Notes: generated by a model not told the origin, from the sequence alone. Shown: positions 20,201-29,905, counted from the stretch's first letter. The stretch: 54,757 nucleotides of DNA from Chthoniobacteraceae bacterium (GCA_031409335.1 JANNWY010000059.1:1-54757), one strand, 5' to 3'. Numbers and translations: made by a program.

Positions 20201-23098
20201 CTATTCGAGCAATTCTCGAATCTCATCCAAACTCAGAGCTTCCATGAGCGGTTCTTCGCTTTCCAAACTCGCTGCGATCATTGCCTTTTTCCGCGTTTGC
20301 AGCGTGAGTATCTTCTCTTCGACGGTGTCCCTTGCGATCAGTTTATAGCTCGTGACGACCCGTTTTTGGCCGATTCGGTGAGCGCGATCGGTCGCCTGGG
20401 CTTCGACTGCGGGATTCCACCAGGGGTCGAAGTGGATGATCGTGTCGGCTGCGGTGAGATTCAATCCCGTGCCGCCTGCTTTGAGGCTGATGAGGAAAAC
20501 CTGTGCTTCTCCGGCTTGAAAGCGATCCACTTCCTGGCTGCGGTTTTTGGTCTGCCCATCAAGATGACAGGCCTGGATGTCGGCGGAGTTCAGAGCGTCA
20601 CGCAGGAGTCGGAGCATGGTTGCAAATTGGCTGAAAACGAGCACCCGATGCTCGCCATCCAGCGCTTCCTCGATCAGCTCCATCAGCATCTCCACCTTTC
20701 CAGATCGCTCGTCGGGTTCGTTTTCCGGCCTCAGAAGTCGCTCGTCGCAGCAGGCCTGCCGTAGCCGCAAAAGCGCGGTGAGCATCGTCATTCGGGCGCG
20801 ATTTTGATCCGCGGTGCCGGCGAGTTCGACGAGTTGCCGGCGGGTCGATTCGGCGAGCTGTGAATAAAGTTCTCGCTGACTTTTAGAAAGCTCACAATAA
20901 GCAACCTGCTCGATCTTATCTGGCAATTCCGTCAGCACTTCCCGCTTGGTTCTCCGCAGGATGAATGGGCGTAGTCGTTTGATCAATCGGCGGTGCGTGG
21001 GCCCTCCGGGTTCGATTTCAATCTCGCGTTGATAGCGGTCGCGGAAGTCATCGCGTTTGCCGAGGTATCCCGGCATGAGAAAATTCATCAGCGACCAAAT
21101 GTCGCGGATCGAGTTTTCGATCGGCGTTCCAGTCATCGCGAATCGGTATTGCGACCGGAGCGACATGGCGGCCTGGGCGTTTTGGCTGTCGGGATTTTTG
21201 ATGTGTTGCGCTTCGTCCAGAATCACAGTTTCGAACTCGATGTCGCGGTAAAGCTCGGCGTCCCGGCGCAGCAAAGGATAACTGGTGAAATACAAATCGG
21301 CATCCCGCCGGAGCGCGGCCTGGCGGTCAGAACCGGTTACCCCGACGCATCTCAACTCGGGGGCGAACCGGGCGGCTTCCCGCTGCCAGTTGAAGACGAG
21401 CGACGAGGGGCAGACGACGAGATGTTTTCCACGCAAAGTCCGTATAAAAGCCAGCATTTGCACGGTCTTTCCCAAACCCATTTCATCCGCAAGAAGTCCA
21501 GACCAACCGTTTGTGGTCAACTGTTTAAGCCAGTTCGATCCGGTCTTTTGATACGGTCGCAGGACGCTTTCGAGATCACCGAGTTCGAGAGCCGCAGCGG
21601 TGCCCGATTCAGGCGCTTTCATCGCCCATTTTTCCCACTTGGCCGGCGTTCCCGCGATGGTCCCCTGCTCGTTTGCGAATTCCGCGAGGTAGCCCGCGTG
21701 GCGGGCGTCGATCCGATAAAGTCCGGGCTGCTTCTGGCTGGGGTCGCAATCTCGGAGGACTTCCTGAAAATCATCCAGCAGCGCGGTGTCGAAGATCGCG
21801 AGCTTCTGATTCTTCAGGCGGATTGAGCGCTGGCCGGATTGCAGGAGGCGTTGGATTTCGGCGGCGGAAAAACGCTCACCCGATGGCGTGGCCAGATTCA
21901 CGCTGAGATCGAACCAGTTTTCGCCGCTGCTTTTTACCTCAAAACGCGGCGCGACCCGCTCGACGTCCTTCGTCACATGAGTGAAACGCTCGCCAATCGT
22001 GACGGTCCACATCTTCTGGAGCCGCGGGAGTTCGGTGGCGAAAAACCCGAGAATCCGCGGCTCGCCTTTGAGGATGAATTGGCCCTCCCGATTTGGCGGA
22101 CTGAATCCAGCGTCCAGTATTCGCTGGATAGCCGCGCCTTCGGTTGGGTGCGCGATGCGTGCGCCGGGGTTGCTCAAGGTATTGCGCCGGTCGCCGACGC
22201 GCGATTCGAGTTGGGCGGCGAGATGATTTAGCGATCCTTCGATCTTTAGGATGAACTCGGGCGCCTCACCCGGCTGCTCGATCACGACCCGATTCTTCAC
22301 AAGGTTATTCACATCCGCCTTGTCTGGAATTAGTAATGTTAAACTGTTCCCGGTGAGCAACCAAGCGCCTGACTGCTCTTTCAAAATGTTCGCAGTTTCC
22401 GGCAGATTGGATGGCTTTGGAATTGCCACCGCTGAGATCGCCATTGCCGGGCCTCTCCCAATCGCGACCCGTGGATGCCTGGCCAGCGCACCGAGCAGCG
22501 CGCCGCACATCAGGCGCGACAGCACCAGCATTCCAGGAAGCGCGCCGCCGTTTGCCGCGACGAATTGCTCGATCAACCGGCGATCCGCGTCCGAGGCGCG
22601 GTAGCGGCGCTTCGGATCGACTGCGGATAGCATCACCCGGCGTCCGCCCGTGATGGCCTCGACCCCGACCGTCACGGAGTTCTTATCCCACGAAGCCGCC
22701 AGATTTGGCGCGAGCACGATCCCCAGTTCGAGCAGCTCGCCATCCTCCGCAAACTGGAGCGCGGCCTCCTTTGTTTGGGGCGCGACCGTTTTTTCGGCGG
22801 CGGCCGGTTTGCCGATCGGGCGCGGCTTCAGCACGGCGAGACCGACCGCGAGCGAATGCGCGCAGATCATCCCGCGCTGGCGGGAGTCGCGGCAGGTGCA
22901 GAGGTTTTCCACATTCGATTTCGACAGGATCTTCAGCCCCGACCGGTATTCGAGTTCCCCGGAACGCACCCGCCCCTGCAGCAGCGGTGGCTCCCAAACG
23001 GCGTTGGCCACGCGGTCCATTTCGTGGAGTGCGCGCGCTTCCTTCATGGCCTGCCAGCCACCGGCGTCGGCGAGGAGTCGTTCGGTGAGTTCGGTCAT
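20201..23098 (-). CDS. SWIM zinc finger + SNF2-family helicase
   Basis: CTC...CAH; LRPYQ, LADEMGLGKT, ILDEAQHIKN, MTGTPIEN, VLVFSQF, SLKAGGTGLNLT, QATDRAHRIGQ. Confidence 0.95.
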   Translation of the reverse strand: MTELTERLLADAGGWQAMKEARALHEMDRVANAVWEPPLLQGRVRSGELEYRSGLKILSKSNVENLCTCRDSRQRGMICAHSLAVGLAVLKPRPIGKPAAAEKTVAPQTKEAALQFAEDGELLELGIVLAPNLAASWDKNSVTVGVEAITGGRRVMLSAVDPKRRYRASDADRRLIEQFVAANGGALPGMLVLSRLMCGALLGALARHPRVAIGRGPAMAISAVAIPKPSNLPETANILKEQSGAWLLTGNSLTLLIPDKADVNNLVKNRVVIEQPGEAPEFILKIEGSLNHLAAQLESRVGDRRNTLSNPGARIAHPTEGAAIQRILDAGFSPPNREGQFILKGEPRILGFFATELPRLQKMWTVTIGERFTHVTKDVERVAPRFEVKSSGENWFDLSVNLATPSGERFSAAEIQRLLQSGQRSIRLKNQKLAIFDTALLDDFQEVLRDCDPSQKQPGLYRIDARHAGYLAEFANEQGTIAGTPAKWEKWAMKAPESGTAAALELGDLESVLRPYQKTGSNWLKQLTTNGWSGLLADEMGLGKTVQMLAFIRTLRGKHLVVCPSSLVFNWQREAARFAPELRCVGVTGSDRQAALRRDADLYFTSYPLLRRDAELYRDIEFETVILDEAQHIKNPDSQNAQAAMSLRSQYRFAMTGTPIENSIRDIWSLMNFLMPGYLGKRDDFRDRYQREIEIEPGGPTHRRLIKRLRPFILRRTKREVLTELPDKIEQVAYCELSKSQRELYSQLAESTRRQLVELAGTADQNRARMTMLTALLRLRQACCDERLLRPENEPDERSGKVEMLMELIEEALDGEHRVLVFSQFATMLRLLRDALNSADIQACHLDGQTKNRSQEVDRFQAGEAQVFLISLKAGGTGLNLTAADTIIHFDPWWNPAVEAQATDRAHRIGQKRVVTSYKLIARDTVEEKILTLQTRKKAMIAASLESEEPLMEALSLDEIRELLE

Positions 23099-23122
23099 GG
23101 CGGGTGGCAAAGGACAGCCTCG

Positions 23123-23297
23123 GTGGGAAATTCCAAGCGCCAGATTCCAAATTCCAAATAAATTTCAAAGGGGGAAAATTCGGAGAAATTCCAACCCTGA
23201 CAGCTCGCTCGCGCGTGTTGGGAGCACTTGGAATTTGGCCTCTGGAGTTTGAAATTTATTCGGATTTTGGATTTTGGTTCTTGGAATTTTTCCCCAC
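23123..23297. repeat. Inverted-repeat element with 7-nt periodic arms (AAATTCC / GGATTTT, GGAATTT)
   Basis: gtgggaaattccaagcgccagattccaaattccaaataaatttcaa ... ttgaaatttattcggattttggattttggttcttggaatttttccccac, in the divergent SNF2/parA spacer. Confidence 0.85.
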
Positions 23298-23316
23298 ACC
23301 CTACACTGCGCGCCCC

Positions 23317-24096
23317 ATGAAAATCATCGCCATCGCGAATCAAAAAGGCGGCGTGGGCAAGACGACGACTGCGGTGAATCTCGCGGCGTGTCTCGCCGCC
23401 CGCGGGGCGCGCGTGCTCCTGCTCGATCTCGATCCGCAGGCAAACGCAACCAGCGCCCTCGGCCTCGAGCCAATCGAGGGTCATAGCATTTACGGTCCCC
23501 TGCTCGGCGATGGCTCGGTCGCGCAGACCATCGTGCCCACGCGTTTTGAAAATCTCTGGATCATCACCGGCGACATCAATCTCGCGGGCGCGGAGATCGA
23601 GGTGGCCCGGAAGGACGATCACCTCACGCGGCTGCGCGACGCGCTCCAGCCGTTGCGCGAGGATGTCACGTTCGACTTTGTCCTGCTCGACTGCCCGCCG
23701 TCTTTGGGAATCCTGATGACGAATGCGCTCGCCGCCGCCGACGAACTGCTCGTCCCGCTCCAGTGCGAATATTTTGCCCTCGAAGGCCTCTCGAAGATCG
23801 TCCAGATCGTCGAGCAAATCCGCGGGACCGGGGCGAACGCGGACCTCAAGATTGGCGGCATTTTGATGACGATGTTCATGCGGAACAATCTCGCGCAACA
23901 GGTCATCAACGAGGTGCAGACGCATTTCGGCGACGTGATTTTCAAAACGGTCGTGCCGCGCAGCGTGCGCCTGAGCGAAGCGCCGAGTCATGGGAAACCG
24001 ATCATCGAATACGAGCCGAACGGGCTCGGTGCCGCTGCGTATCGGGCGCTCGCGGAGGAGTTCATGGCAAAGCAGGAGTTTGTCCCGAAGCCGTAG
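23317..24096 (+). CDS. parA: ParA/Soj family ATPase
   Basis: MKIIAIANQKGGVGKTTTAVNL, DLDPQANAT, DCPPSLG, PLQCEYFALEG, SEAPSHGKP. Confidence 0.95.
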   Translation: MKIIAIANQKGGVGKTTTAVNLAACLAARGARVLLLDLDPQANATSALGLEPIEGHSIYGPLLGDGSVAQTIVPTRFENLWIITGDINLAGAEIEVARKDDHLTRLRDALQPLREDVTFDFVLLDCPPSLGILMTNALAAADELLVPLQCEYFALEGLSKIVQIVEQIRGTGANADLKIGGILMTMFMRNNLAQQVINEVQTHFGDVIFKTVVPRSVRLSEAPSHGKPIIEYEPNGLGAAAYRALAEEFMAKQEFVPKP

Positions 24097-24105
24097 CCGC
24101 GCGGG

Positions 24106-25887
24106 ATGAGGGCATTCGTTTTTCTGCTCAGTCTGATCGCGTCGGCAGTCGCTCAGGATCGGGTGGAAATGGAACGCCGCCTCGCCGCCCTGCCCGCCGA
24201 CGCACCGAGCGTCATCGCTGCGCGCGGGATAGCCGCATTCCATCTGAACGGCGCGGGCGCCTCGGTGAGGACGATCGCAGTCGAGGGCCAGCCCTTCACG
24301 AGCGCGATCCAGATTCGCACGACCACGAAACCGGAAAAACCCTACGCGATTCAACTCGCCGCCAAGACGACTGGGCCGATCAAAATGGGCAACGTGTTGC
24401 TCGCGACTTTTTGGGCGCGTGGCGTCGAGCATTCGCCGGAGGCGGATGAAGCGCGCACGGAGTTTGTCCTCGAACTCGGCCGCGATCCTTTCACGAAAAG
24501 CGGTGTCCTTCCCGCCGCGCTCGATCGCGAGTGGAGCAAGTATTACGTCCCCTGCTCTGCCATGAGCGATCTCCCGGCTGGCGAAGGCGCGATTGGTTTT
24601 CGTTGCGGTTATGATCCGCAGGTCTTCGAGATAGCCGCGCTCAACGTGCGAAACTACGGCACCGCCGTGGACATCAAGGCGCTGCCTTACACGCCGGGCA
24701 ACTACACGGGCCGCGGGCTCGATGCGCCGTGGCGAAAAGCCGCCGCCGAGCGCATCGAAAAAATCCGCAAAGCCGACCTCGCGATCACAGTCACCGATGC
24801 CGCCGGAAAACCGGTTCCCGGCGCGCAAGTTCGCGTCGTTCAAAAGAAACACGCCTTCGGCTGGGGCACCGCCGTCGATGCCACGCAGCTCCTCGCCGAC
24901 GGCCCGGACGCCGATCGCTACTGCGCCACGCTGCTCGCGGATTTCAACAAGGTCGTCATCGAAAATCACCTGAAGTGGCACCTGTGGGAAAACGATCGCG
25001 AGACTGGCGCGAAGGCGGTTGCGTGGCTGCGCGAGCGTGGTTTCCCGGTGCGCGGTCATTGCCTCGTCTGGCCGGGAAAAGAGAATCTGCCGAAGGACGT
25101 TCTGCCCTTGCTCGAAAAACCCGATGAACTCCGCGCGCGCATCACCGCGCACATCACGGAACAAGTCAGCGCGTTTCGCGGACAACTCGCCGAGTGGGAC
25201 GTGCTCAACGAGCCCTTCTCAAACACCGACGTGCAAAAAGTGCTCGGCGACTCCGCGATGATCGACTGGTTCAAAGGTGCGCACGCCGCCGATCCCGACG
25301 CCCAACTTTTCATCAACGATTACAGCATCCTCGAAACCGGCGGACGCGACACCGCCCATCAGGATCACTATTTCAAAACCATCAAAGCGCTGCTCGATGC
25401 CGGCGCGCCCGTACAAGGCATCGGCATCCAGGGCCATTTCTCCGAAGACCTCACCGCCATCCCGCGCCTCATCGCGATCCTCGACCGCTTCGCCACTTTC
25501 GGCCTGCCGATTCAGATCACCGAGTTCGACATCAACACCTACGACGAACCGCTCCAGGCCGACTACACGCGCGATTTCCTCACCGCGATGTTCAGTCACG
25601 CGAGCCTCATGGGTGTCGTCACGTGGGGCTTTTGGGAAAAGAACCACTGGATTCCGCCCGCCGCATTTTACCGCACCGACTGGTCCCCTCGCCCGGCGGG
25701 CATGGTGTGGAAAGAACTTACGCAAAAGACGTGGTGGACCGACACCGAAGTCCGCACCGGTGCGGATGGCGTGGCGAAAGTGCGCGGCTTCCTCGGCGAC
25801 TACGAAGTGCAAGTGAGCGGCACCACCCATTCGGCCAAGCTCACCCGCGAGGGCGCGCGGCTCGAAGTGCGGCTGCCCCAAAAGTAA
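24106..25887 (+). CDS. Secreted GH10 endo-1,4-beta-xylanase-like protein with N-terminal CBM-like domain
   Basis: Signal peptide; ENHLKW, VRGHCLVW, WDVLNEP, GIGIQGH, IQITEFD. Confidence 0.92.
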   Translation: MRAFVFLLSLIASAVAQDRVEMERRLAALPADAPSVIAARGIAAFHLNGAGASVRTIAVEGQPFTSAIQIRTTTKPEKPYAIQLAAKTTGPIKMGNVLLATFWARGVEHSPEADEARTEFVLELGRDPFTKSGVLPAALDREWSKYYVPCSAMSDLPAGEGAIGFRCGYDPQVFEIAALNVRNYGTAVDIKALPYTPGNYTGRGLDAPWRKAAAERIEKIRKADLAITVTDAAGKPVPGAQVRVVQKKHAFGWGTAVDATQLLADGPDADRYCATLLADFNKVVIENHLKWHLWENDRETGAKAVAWLRERGFPVRGHCLVWPGKENLPKDVLPLLEKPDELRARITAHITEQVSAFRGQLAEWDVLNEPFSNTDVQKVLGDSAMIDWFKGAHAADPDAQLFINDYSILETGGRDTAHQDHYFKTIKALLDAGAPVQGIGIQGHFSEDLTAIPRLIAILDRFATFGLPIQITEFDINTYDEPLQADYTRDFLTAMFSHASLMGVVTWGFWEKNHWIPPAAFYRTDWSPRPAGMVWKELTQKTWWTDTEVRTGADGVAKVRGFLGDYEVQVSGTTHSAKLTREGARLEVRLPQK

Positions 25888-25979
25888 GCGGGGTTTTCAA
25901 CCTCGCTCCCTGCCCCCTCGCCCCCACGCGCCCGTCGTGCTGCGCGCGACCGTGCAAGGTTGCAAACCTCGCCTACTTT
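25881..25979. repeat. REP-like doublet (GTAG-type), family B
   Basis: aaagtaagcggggttttcaacctcgc vs reverse complement aaagtaggcgaggtttgcaaccttgc. Left arm overlaps the GH10 stop codon. Confidence 0.75.
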
Positions 25980-26032
25980 CCGGCAGGCGAATGTCTTGCC
26001 GCGTCGTTTCACGCGCTGCTAGCGTCCGCGCC

Positions 26033-26452
26033 ATGAGTTCACCGGACAACGCCGACTTAACCCCCGAATTTTCCTCGCCCACGGACATCGCGCCGCTCGG
26101 ACGCGGCGGCCCAAAACCAGAGCACGAAAAGACCGCGGGAGAAGACGGCGCGCCCTACGACTGGGACGCCATCGCCAACGACCCCGGCTTCGCCGCGCTC
26201 AAAGCCGCGAAACGCAAATTCATCCTCCCCGCGACGATCTTCTTTTTCGTCTATTACATGACGCTCCCCGTGCTCGTCGGCTTCTTCCCCGCGCTCATGA
26301 AAACGCCCGTCTGGGGCAAGGTGAACTGGGCCTACCTCTTCGCGCTCTCTCAATTCCTCATGACGTGGACGCTCTGCGCCATGTACGTCCGCGTCGCCCG
26401 GCGCTGGGACAAAATGAACACCGAACTCCTCGCCCGTTTCCCCCGCCGCTAA
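26033..26452 (+). CDS. DUF485 (YjcH-like) inner membrane protein
   Basis: PGFAALKAAKRKFILP, two TM helices, YVRVARRWD; immediately upstream of actP, the conserved pairing. Confidence 0.88.
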   Translation: MSSPDNADLTPEFSSPTDIAPLGRGGPKPEHEKTAGEDGAPYDWDAIANDPGFAALKAAKRKFILPATIFFFVYYMTLPVLVGFFPALMKTPVWGKVNWAYLFALSQFLMTWTLCAMYVRVARRWDKMNTELLARFPRR

Positions 26453-26455
26453 GCC

Positions 26456-28051
26456 ATGATCCTCGCCTTCCAAGTCACCCCGGCCCTCGGGATGTTCCTC
26501 GCCTTCGTCGCACTCACGCTCGTCATCACTTACTTCAGCGCGCGCAAGGCCACCGGCTCCGCCGCGTACTTCGCCGCCGGCCGCAGCATCAAAGGCTGGC
26601 AGAACGGCCTCGCCGTCGCGGGCGATTACATGAGCGCCGCCAGTTTCCTCGGCATCAGTGGCATCATCTGCCTGAAAGGCTACGACGGTTTCATGTATAG
26701 CGTCGGCTTCCTCGTCGCCTATCTCACTGTCTTATTCCTAGTCGCCGAGCCTCTGCGCAACGCCGGCAAATACACGATGGCCGATCTCCTCGCCTACCGG
26801 CTCAAAGCGCGCCCCGTCCGCGCCATGGCCGCGCTTTCCACCCTCACCGTTTCCACTTTCTACATGATCGCGCAAATGGTCGGCGCAGGTGGAATCATCG
26901 AGCAACTCATCGGCGTGCCCTTCGCACCCGCAGTCATCGGCGTCGGCGTGCTCATGCTCATCTACGTCGTCTTTGGTGGAATGCTCGCGACGACGTGGGT
27001 GCAGATCATCAAAGCGATCCTGCTCATGGCCGGCGCGTTCGCGTTGAGCTGGATGGTGATGGGTAAATTCAACTACAGCCTCGGCGCGTTCTTCGACGCC
27101 GTCTCCGCCGCGACCTATGGTGGCACCAAGCCACCCGTGAATCTGCTCGATCCCGGCATGGCCTACGGCGCGAGCGCGAAGAATCCGTGGGGCGCATGGG
27201 ATTTCATCTCGCTCGCCCTCGGCCTCGTGCTCGGCACCGCCGGACTGCCGCACATCCTCGTCCGCTTTTACACCGTGCCCGATGCCAAGACCGCGCGCGT
27301 CAGCGTCGTCTGGGCCACCGCGATCATCGGCGTCTTTTATGTGATGACGACGTTCTTCGGATTCGGCGCCGCCGTGCTGCTGAAACTCACCGACCTCCCG
27401 CTCGACGCGAAAGGTCTGCCCAATGGCAACATGGTCGCGCCCATCCTCGCCCAAGCGCTCGGCGGCGAAATGTTCTTCGCCTTCATCAGCGCCGTCGCCT
27501 TCGCCACCATCCTCGCCGTCGTCGCCGGCCTCACCATGAGCGCCAGCACGAGCTTCGCGCACGACTTCTTCACCAACGTGATTCATCACGGAAAAGAAAC
27601 GAAACCCGGCCAGGAAGTCCGCGTCGCCCGCATCACCGCCTTCGTCGTCGGAGCCGCGAGTATCGCACTAGCGATCAAGTTAGGTTCCAGCGTCAACGCC
27701 GCCATGTTAGTAGGTCTCGCCTTCTCCGTTGCCGCCTCCGCGAATCTCCCCGTCATCCTCTTCTCCATCTTCTGGAAACGCTTCAACACCGCCGGAGCCG
27801 TCGCCGGACTAGGCATCGGCCTGGTCTCATCCATCGTCCTAATCCTCCTCAGCAAAAACGGCCTTTACACCGCCGAGACGGCCCCCTTCCCGCTCGCCAA
27901 TCCCGGCATCGTCAGCATCCCGCTCGGTTTCCTCGGAGCCTACCTCGGCACCATTCTCACCGCCCGCGATGTCGAAGCGGAATCCAAATTCAACGAACTC
28001 AGCGTGCGCTCGCAGACCGGGCTGGGAGCGGAGAAGGCGACGGCGCATTGA
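26456..28051 (+). CDS. actP: Cation/acetate symporter (SSS family)
   Basis: QNGLAVAGDYMSAASFLG, AEPLRNAGKYT, GTAGLPHILVRFYTVP, AVAFATILAVVAGL. Confidence 0.93.
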   Translation: MILAFQVTPALGMFLAFVALTLVITYFSARKATGSAAYFAAGRSIKGWQNGLAVAGDYMSAASFLGISGIICLKGYDGFMYSVGFLVAYLTVLFLVAEPLRNAGKYTMADLLAYRLKARPVRAMAALSTLTVSTFYMIAQMVGAGGIIEQLIGVPFAPAVIGVGVLMLIYVVFGGMLATTWVQIIKAILLMAGAFALSWMVMGKFNYSLGAFFDAVSAATYGGTKPPVNLLDPGMAYGASAKNPWGAWDFISLALGLVLGTAGLPHILVRFYTVPDAKTARVSVVWATAIIGVFYVMTTFFGFGAAVLLKLTDLPLDAKGLPNGNMVAPILAQALGGEMFFAFISAVAFATILAVVAGLTMSASTSFAHDFFTNVIHHGKETKPGQEVRVARITAFVVGAASIALAIKLGSSVNAAMLVGLAFSVAASANLPVILFSIFWKRFNTAGAVAGLGIGLVSSIVLILLSKNGLYTAETAPFPLANPGIVSIPLGFLGAYLGTILTARDVEAESKFNELSVRSQTGLGAEKATAH

Positions 28052-28058
28052 GCAAGAT

Positions 28059-28559
28059 GTGAAACGGCTTTGGAAAGCAGTTCTCCTCGCGGCGCTGATC
28101 GGGTTTCTGCTGCTTTGGCTTGGCCCCCAAACCAGCGGCCCCTCCGTCAATACAATCCCTGTGCGAAACCTATCGAACGCCAGACAAATGGGCCTCGCAG
28201 CGCGGCTGTATAGTGAGGATCACCAAGGTAAGTTTCCCTTTGATTTGACGGAGTGCGTTCCCACCTTCATCGAAGCTTCGGCGTTCGAAAATTTGCGTTT
28301 CGACTCTCGTGAAAAATCAAACCAGCCATCTCGCCCAAAATTCGACTGGCTCTACTTCGGAGCCTTCTTTGAAGAGAGGAATCCTCCGCCCTTGCTCATC
28401 GCCTCTCCGCAAACTTTCGTCGCTGGTGCAACCCGTAAGCGAATCATTGTCCTCGGCGATCTTTCCGCCTCAATCGTGCTGGAAGAAAAGTATCAGGAAC
28501 TCCTCCGCAAAACGATCGAAGCCATGCGCCAGCGGCGCGGCGAAACGAAAACAGAGTAA
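28059..28559 (+). CDS. Hypothetical membrane-anchored protein with pilin-like (DUF1559-type) helix
   Basis: N-terminal TM followed by NLSNARQMGLAARLYSEDHQGKFP; lower GC than its neighbours. Confidence 0.65.
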   Translation: MKRLWKAVLLAALIGFLLLWLGPQTSGPSVNTIPVRNLSNARQMGLAARLYSEDHQGKFPFDLTECVPTFIEASAFENLRFDSREKSNQPSRPKFDWLYFGAFFEERNPPPLLIASPQTFVAGATRKRIIVLGDLSASIVLEEKYQELLRKTIEAMRQRRGETKTE

Positions 28560-28575
28560 GGCGCGGCAGCGAATT

Positions 28576-28718
28576 CCGGGGAGCATACGCGTCCCGCGTG
28601 TCGGTTTTGGCGTCCCGCCGAAACGAACTTCCCAGACGCGCGCTGGAAAAGGAGTGCGCGATATCCCGGACGATGTGTTTTTGAAAGTCCGTGAAGGCGG
28701 GACGCGTATGCTCCCCGG
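28576..28718. repeat. REP-like doublet, family A (GGAG variant)
   Basis: ccggggagcatacgcgtcccgc ... gcgggacgcgtatgctccccgg. Internal ggttttggcgtcccgccgaaacgaactt matches the reverse complement of 8348-8375. Confidence 0.85.
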
Positions 28719-28803
28719 ATTCTCAGCCAGCCGCATCTATTCCGACGGGAGGCTTTGTGCGTTCGCCGCACCGCGCGTACAAACAAACCCGCGCCACCGC
28801 CCG

Positions 28804-29895
28804 ATGATCCGCCATCTCTACTTCCACATCCCCTTCTGCCCAAAGCTGTGCCCGTATTGCAGCTTCTACGTCGAGGTGGGCGGGAAAAATAAGACGCGGG
28901 CTTTTCTCGATGCGCTGCTGCGCGAGGTGGAAATCCACGCGGCGGAAACGCAGCCGCACACGATCTATTTCGGCGGCGGCACGCCGAGCGCGCTGACTTG
29001 CGAGCAGTTGGATTACCTGTTCTCCGGCCTGCGCGAGCGGCTGGATTTCAGCGCGCTGGAAGAATGGGATTTGGAGGCAAACCCGGCAACGATCCGCGCG
29101 GACAAAGCAGCGCTTTTGCAACAGCACGGCATCACGCGGCTCAGCCTCGGCGTGCAGTCCTGGGACGATGGCCTGCTGAAAACGCTCGGTCGCGTCCACA
29201 CCGCGGCGCAGGCGGAGCAGACCTTCCACCTGCTGCGCGACGCGGGCTTCACGAATCTCAACATCGACCTGATGTTCGCCGTCCCCGGCCAGACGCCCGC
29301 GCAATGGTGCGCGACTCTCGAACACACCATCGCGCTCCAGCCCGAGCATGTGTCGTCGTATTGCCTCACCTACGAGGAAGACACCGACTACTTTCGCAAG
29401 CTCCTCGGCGGCACCTTCCGGCAGGATGTCGATCTCGACGCCACCCTTTTCGAGACCACGATGGACACGCTCACCGCCGGAGGATTCGCGCAATACGAAA
29501 TCTCCAACTACGCGCGCCCAGGTCGCGAATCCCGCCACAACCAAGCCTACTGGCGCGGCCAGGATTACCTCGGCTTCGGTCCAAGCGCCTTCTCCACCGT
29601 GGGCTTGCGCCGCTGGCAAAACCTCCCCGACACCGCCGAATACACCCGCCGCATCCTCGCCGACGAAAGCCCGAAAAGTTTCACCGAAGAACTCACGCCC
29701 ACGATGCGGCGCGGCGAGATCATGGCCTTCGCGATCCGAATGAGGGAAGGCCTCGCCGCCGATGAAATGGAGCCGTGGGAAAAGGAGATGCGGGAGTTTC
29801 GCGAACTCGGTTTCATCGCGGACGGCGGCGATCGGATCATCCTCACGCAGCGCGGGAAGATGATGGCGGACTCGGTGGCGGCGGCGTTTGTATGA
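28804..29895 (+). CDS. hemW: Radical SAM heme chaperone HemW (HemN-like)
   Basis: HLYFHIPFCPKLCPYCSF, IYFGGGTPS, EANP, RLSLGVQS, YEISNYA, HNQAYW. Confidence 0.92.
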   Translation: MIRHLYFHIPFCPKLCPYCSFYVEVGGKNKTRAFLDALLREVEIHAAETQPHTIYFGGGTPSALTCEQLDYLFSGLRERLDFSALEEWDLEANPATIRADKAALLQQHGITRLSLGVQSWDDGLLKTLGRVHTAAQAEQTFHLLRDAGFTNLNIDLMFAVPGQTPAQWCATLEHTIALQPEHVSSYCLTYEEDTDYFRKLLGGTFRQDVDLDATLFETTMDTLTAGGFAQYEISNYARPGRESRHNQAYWRGQDYLGFGPSAFSTVGLRRWQNLPDTAEYTRRILADESPKSFTEELTPTMRRGEIMAFAIRMREGLAADEMEPWEKEMREFRELGFIADGGDRIILTQRGKMMADSVAAAFV

Positions 29896-29905
29896 ACGTG
29901 CTACC

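Noticed and set aside
23104..23316. N-terminal extension of ParA
   Set aside because: It is translation of the 7-nt repeat element; ParA homology starts at MKIIAIANQKGG.
8428..28051. GC-skew switch proving a replication terminus near 20 kb
   Set aside because: Plus-strand genes look G-ending before 20 kb and C-ending after, but the minus-strand helicase and giant gene do not fit. This needs computation on the whole replicon.
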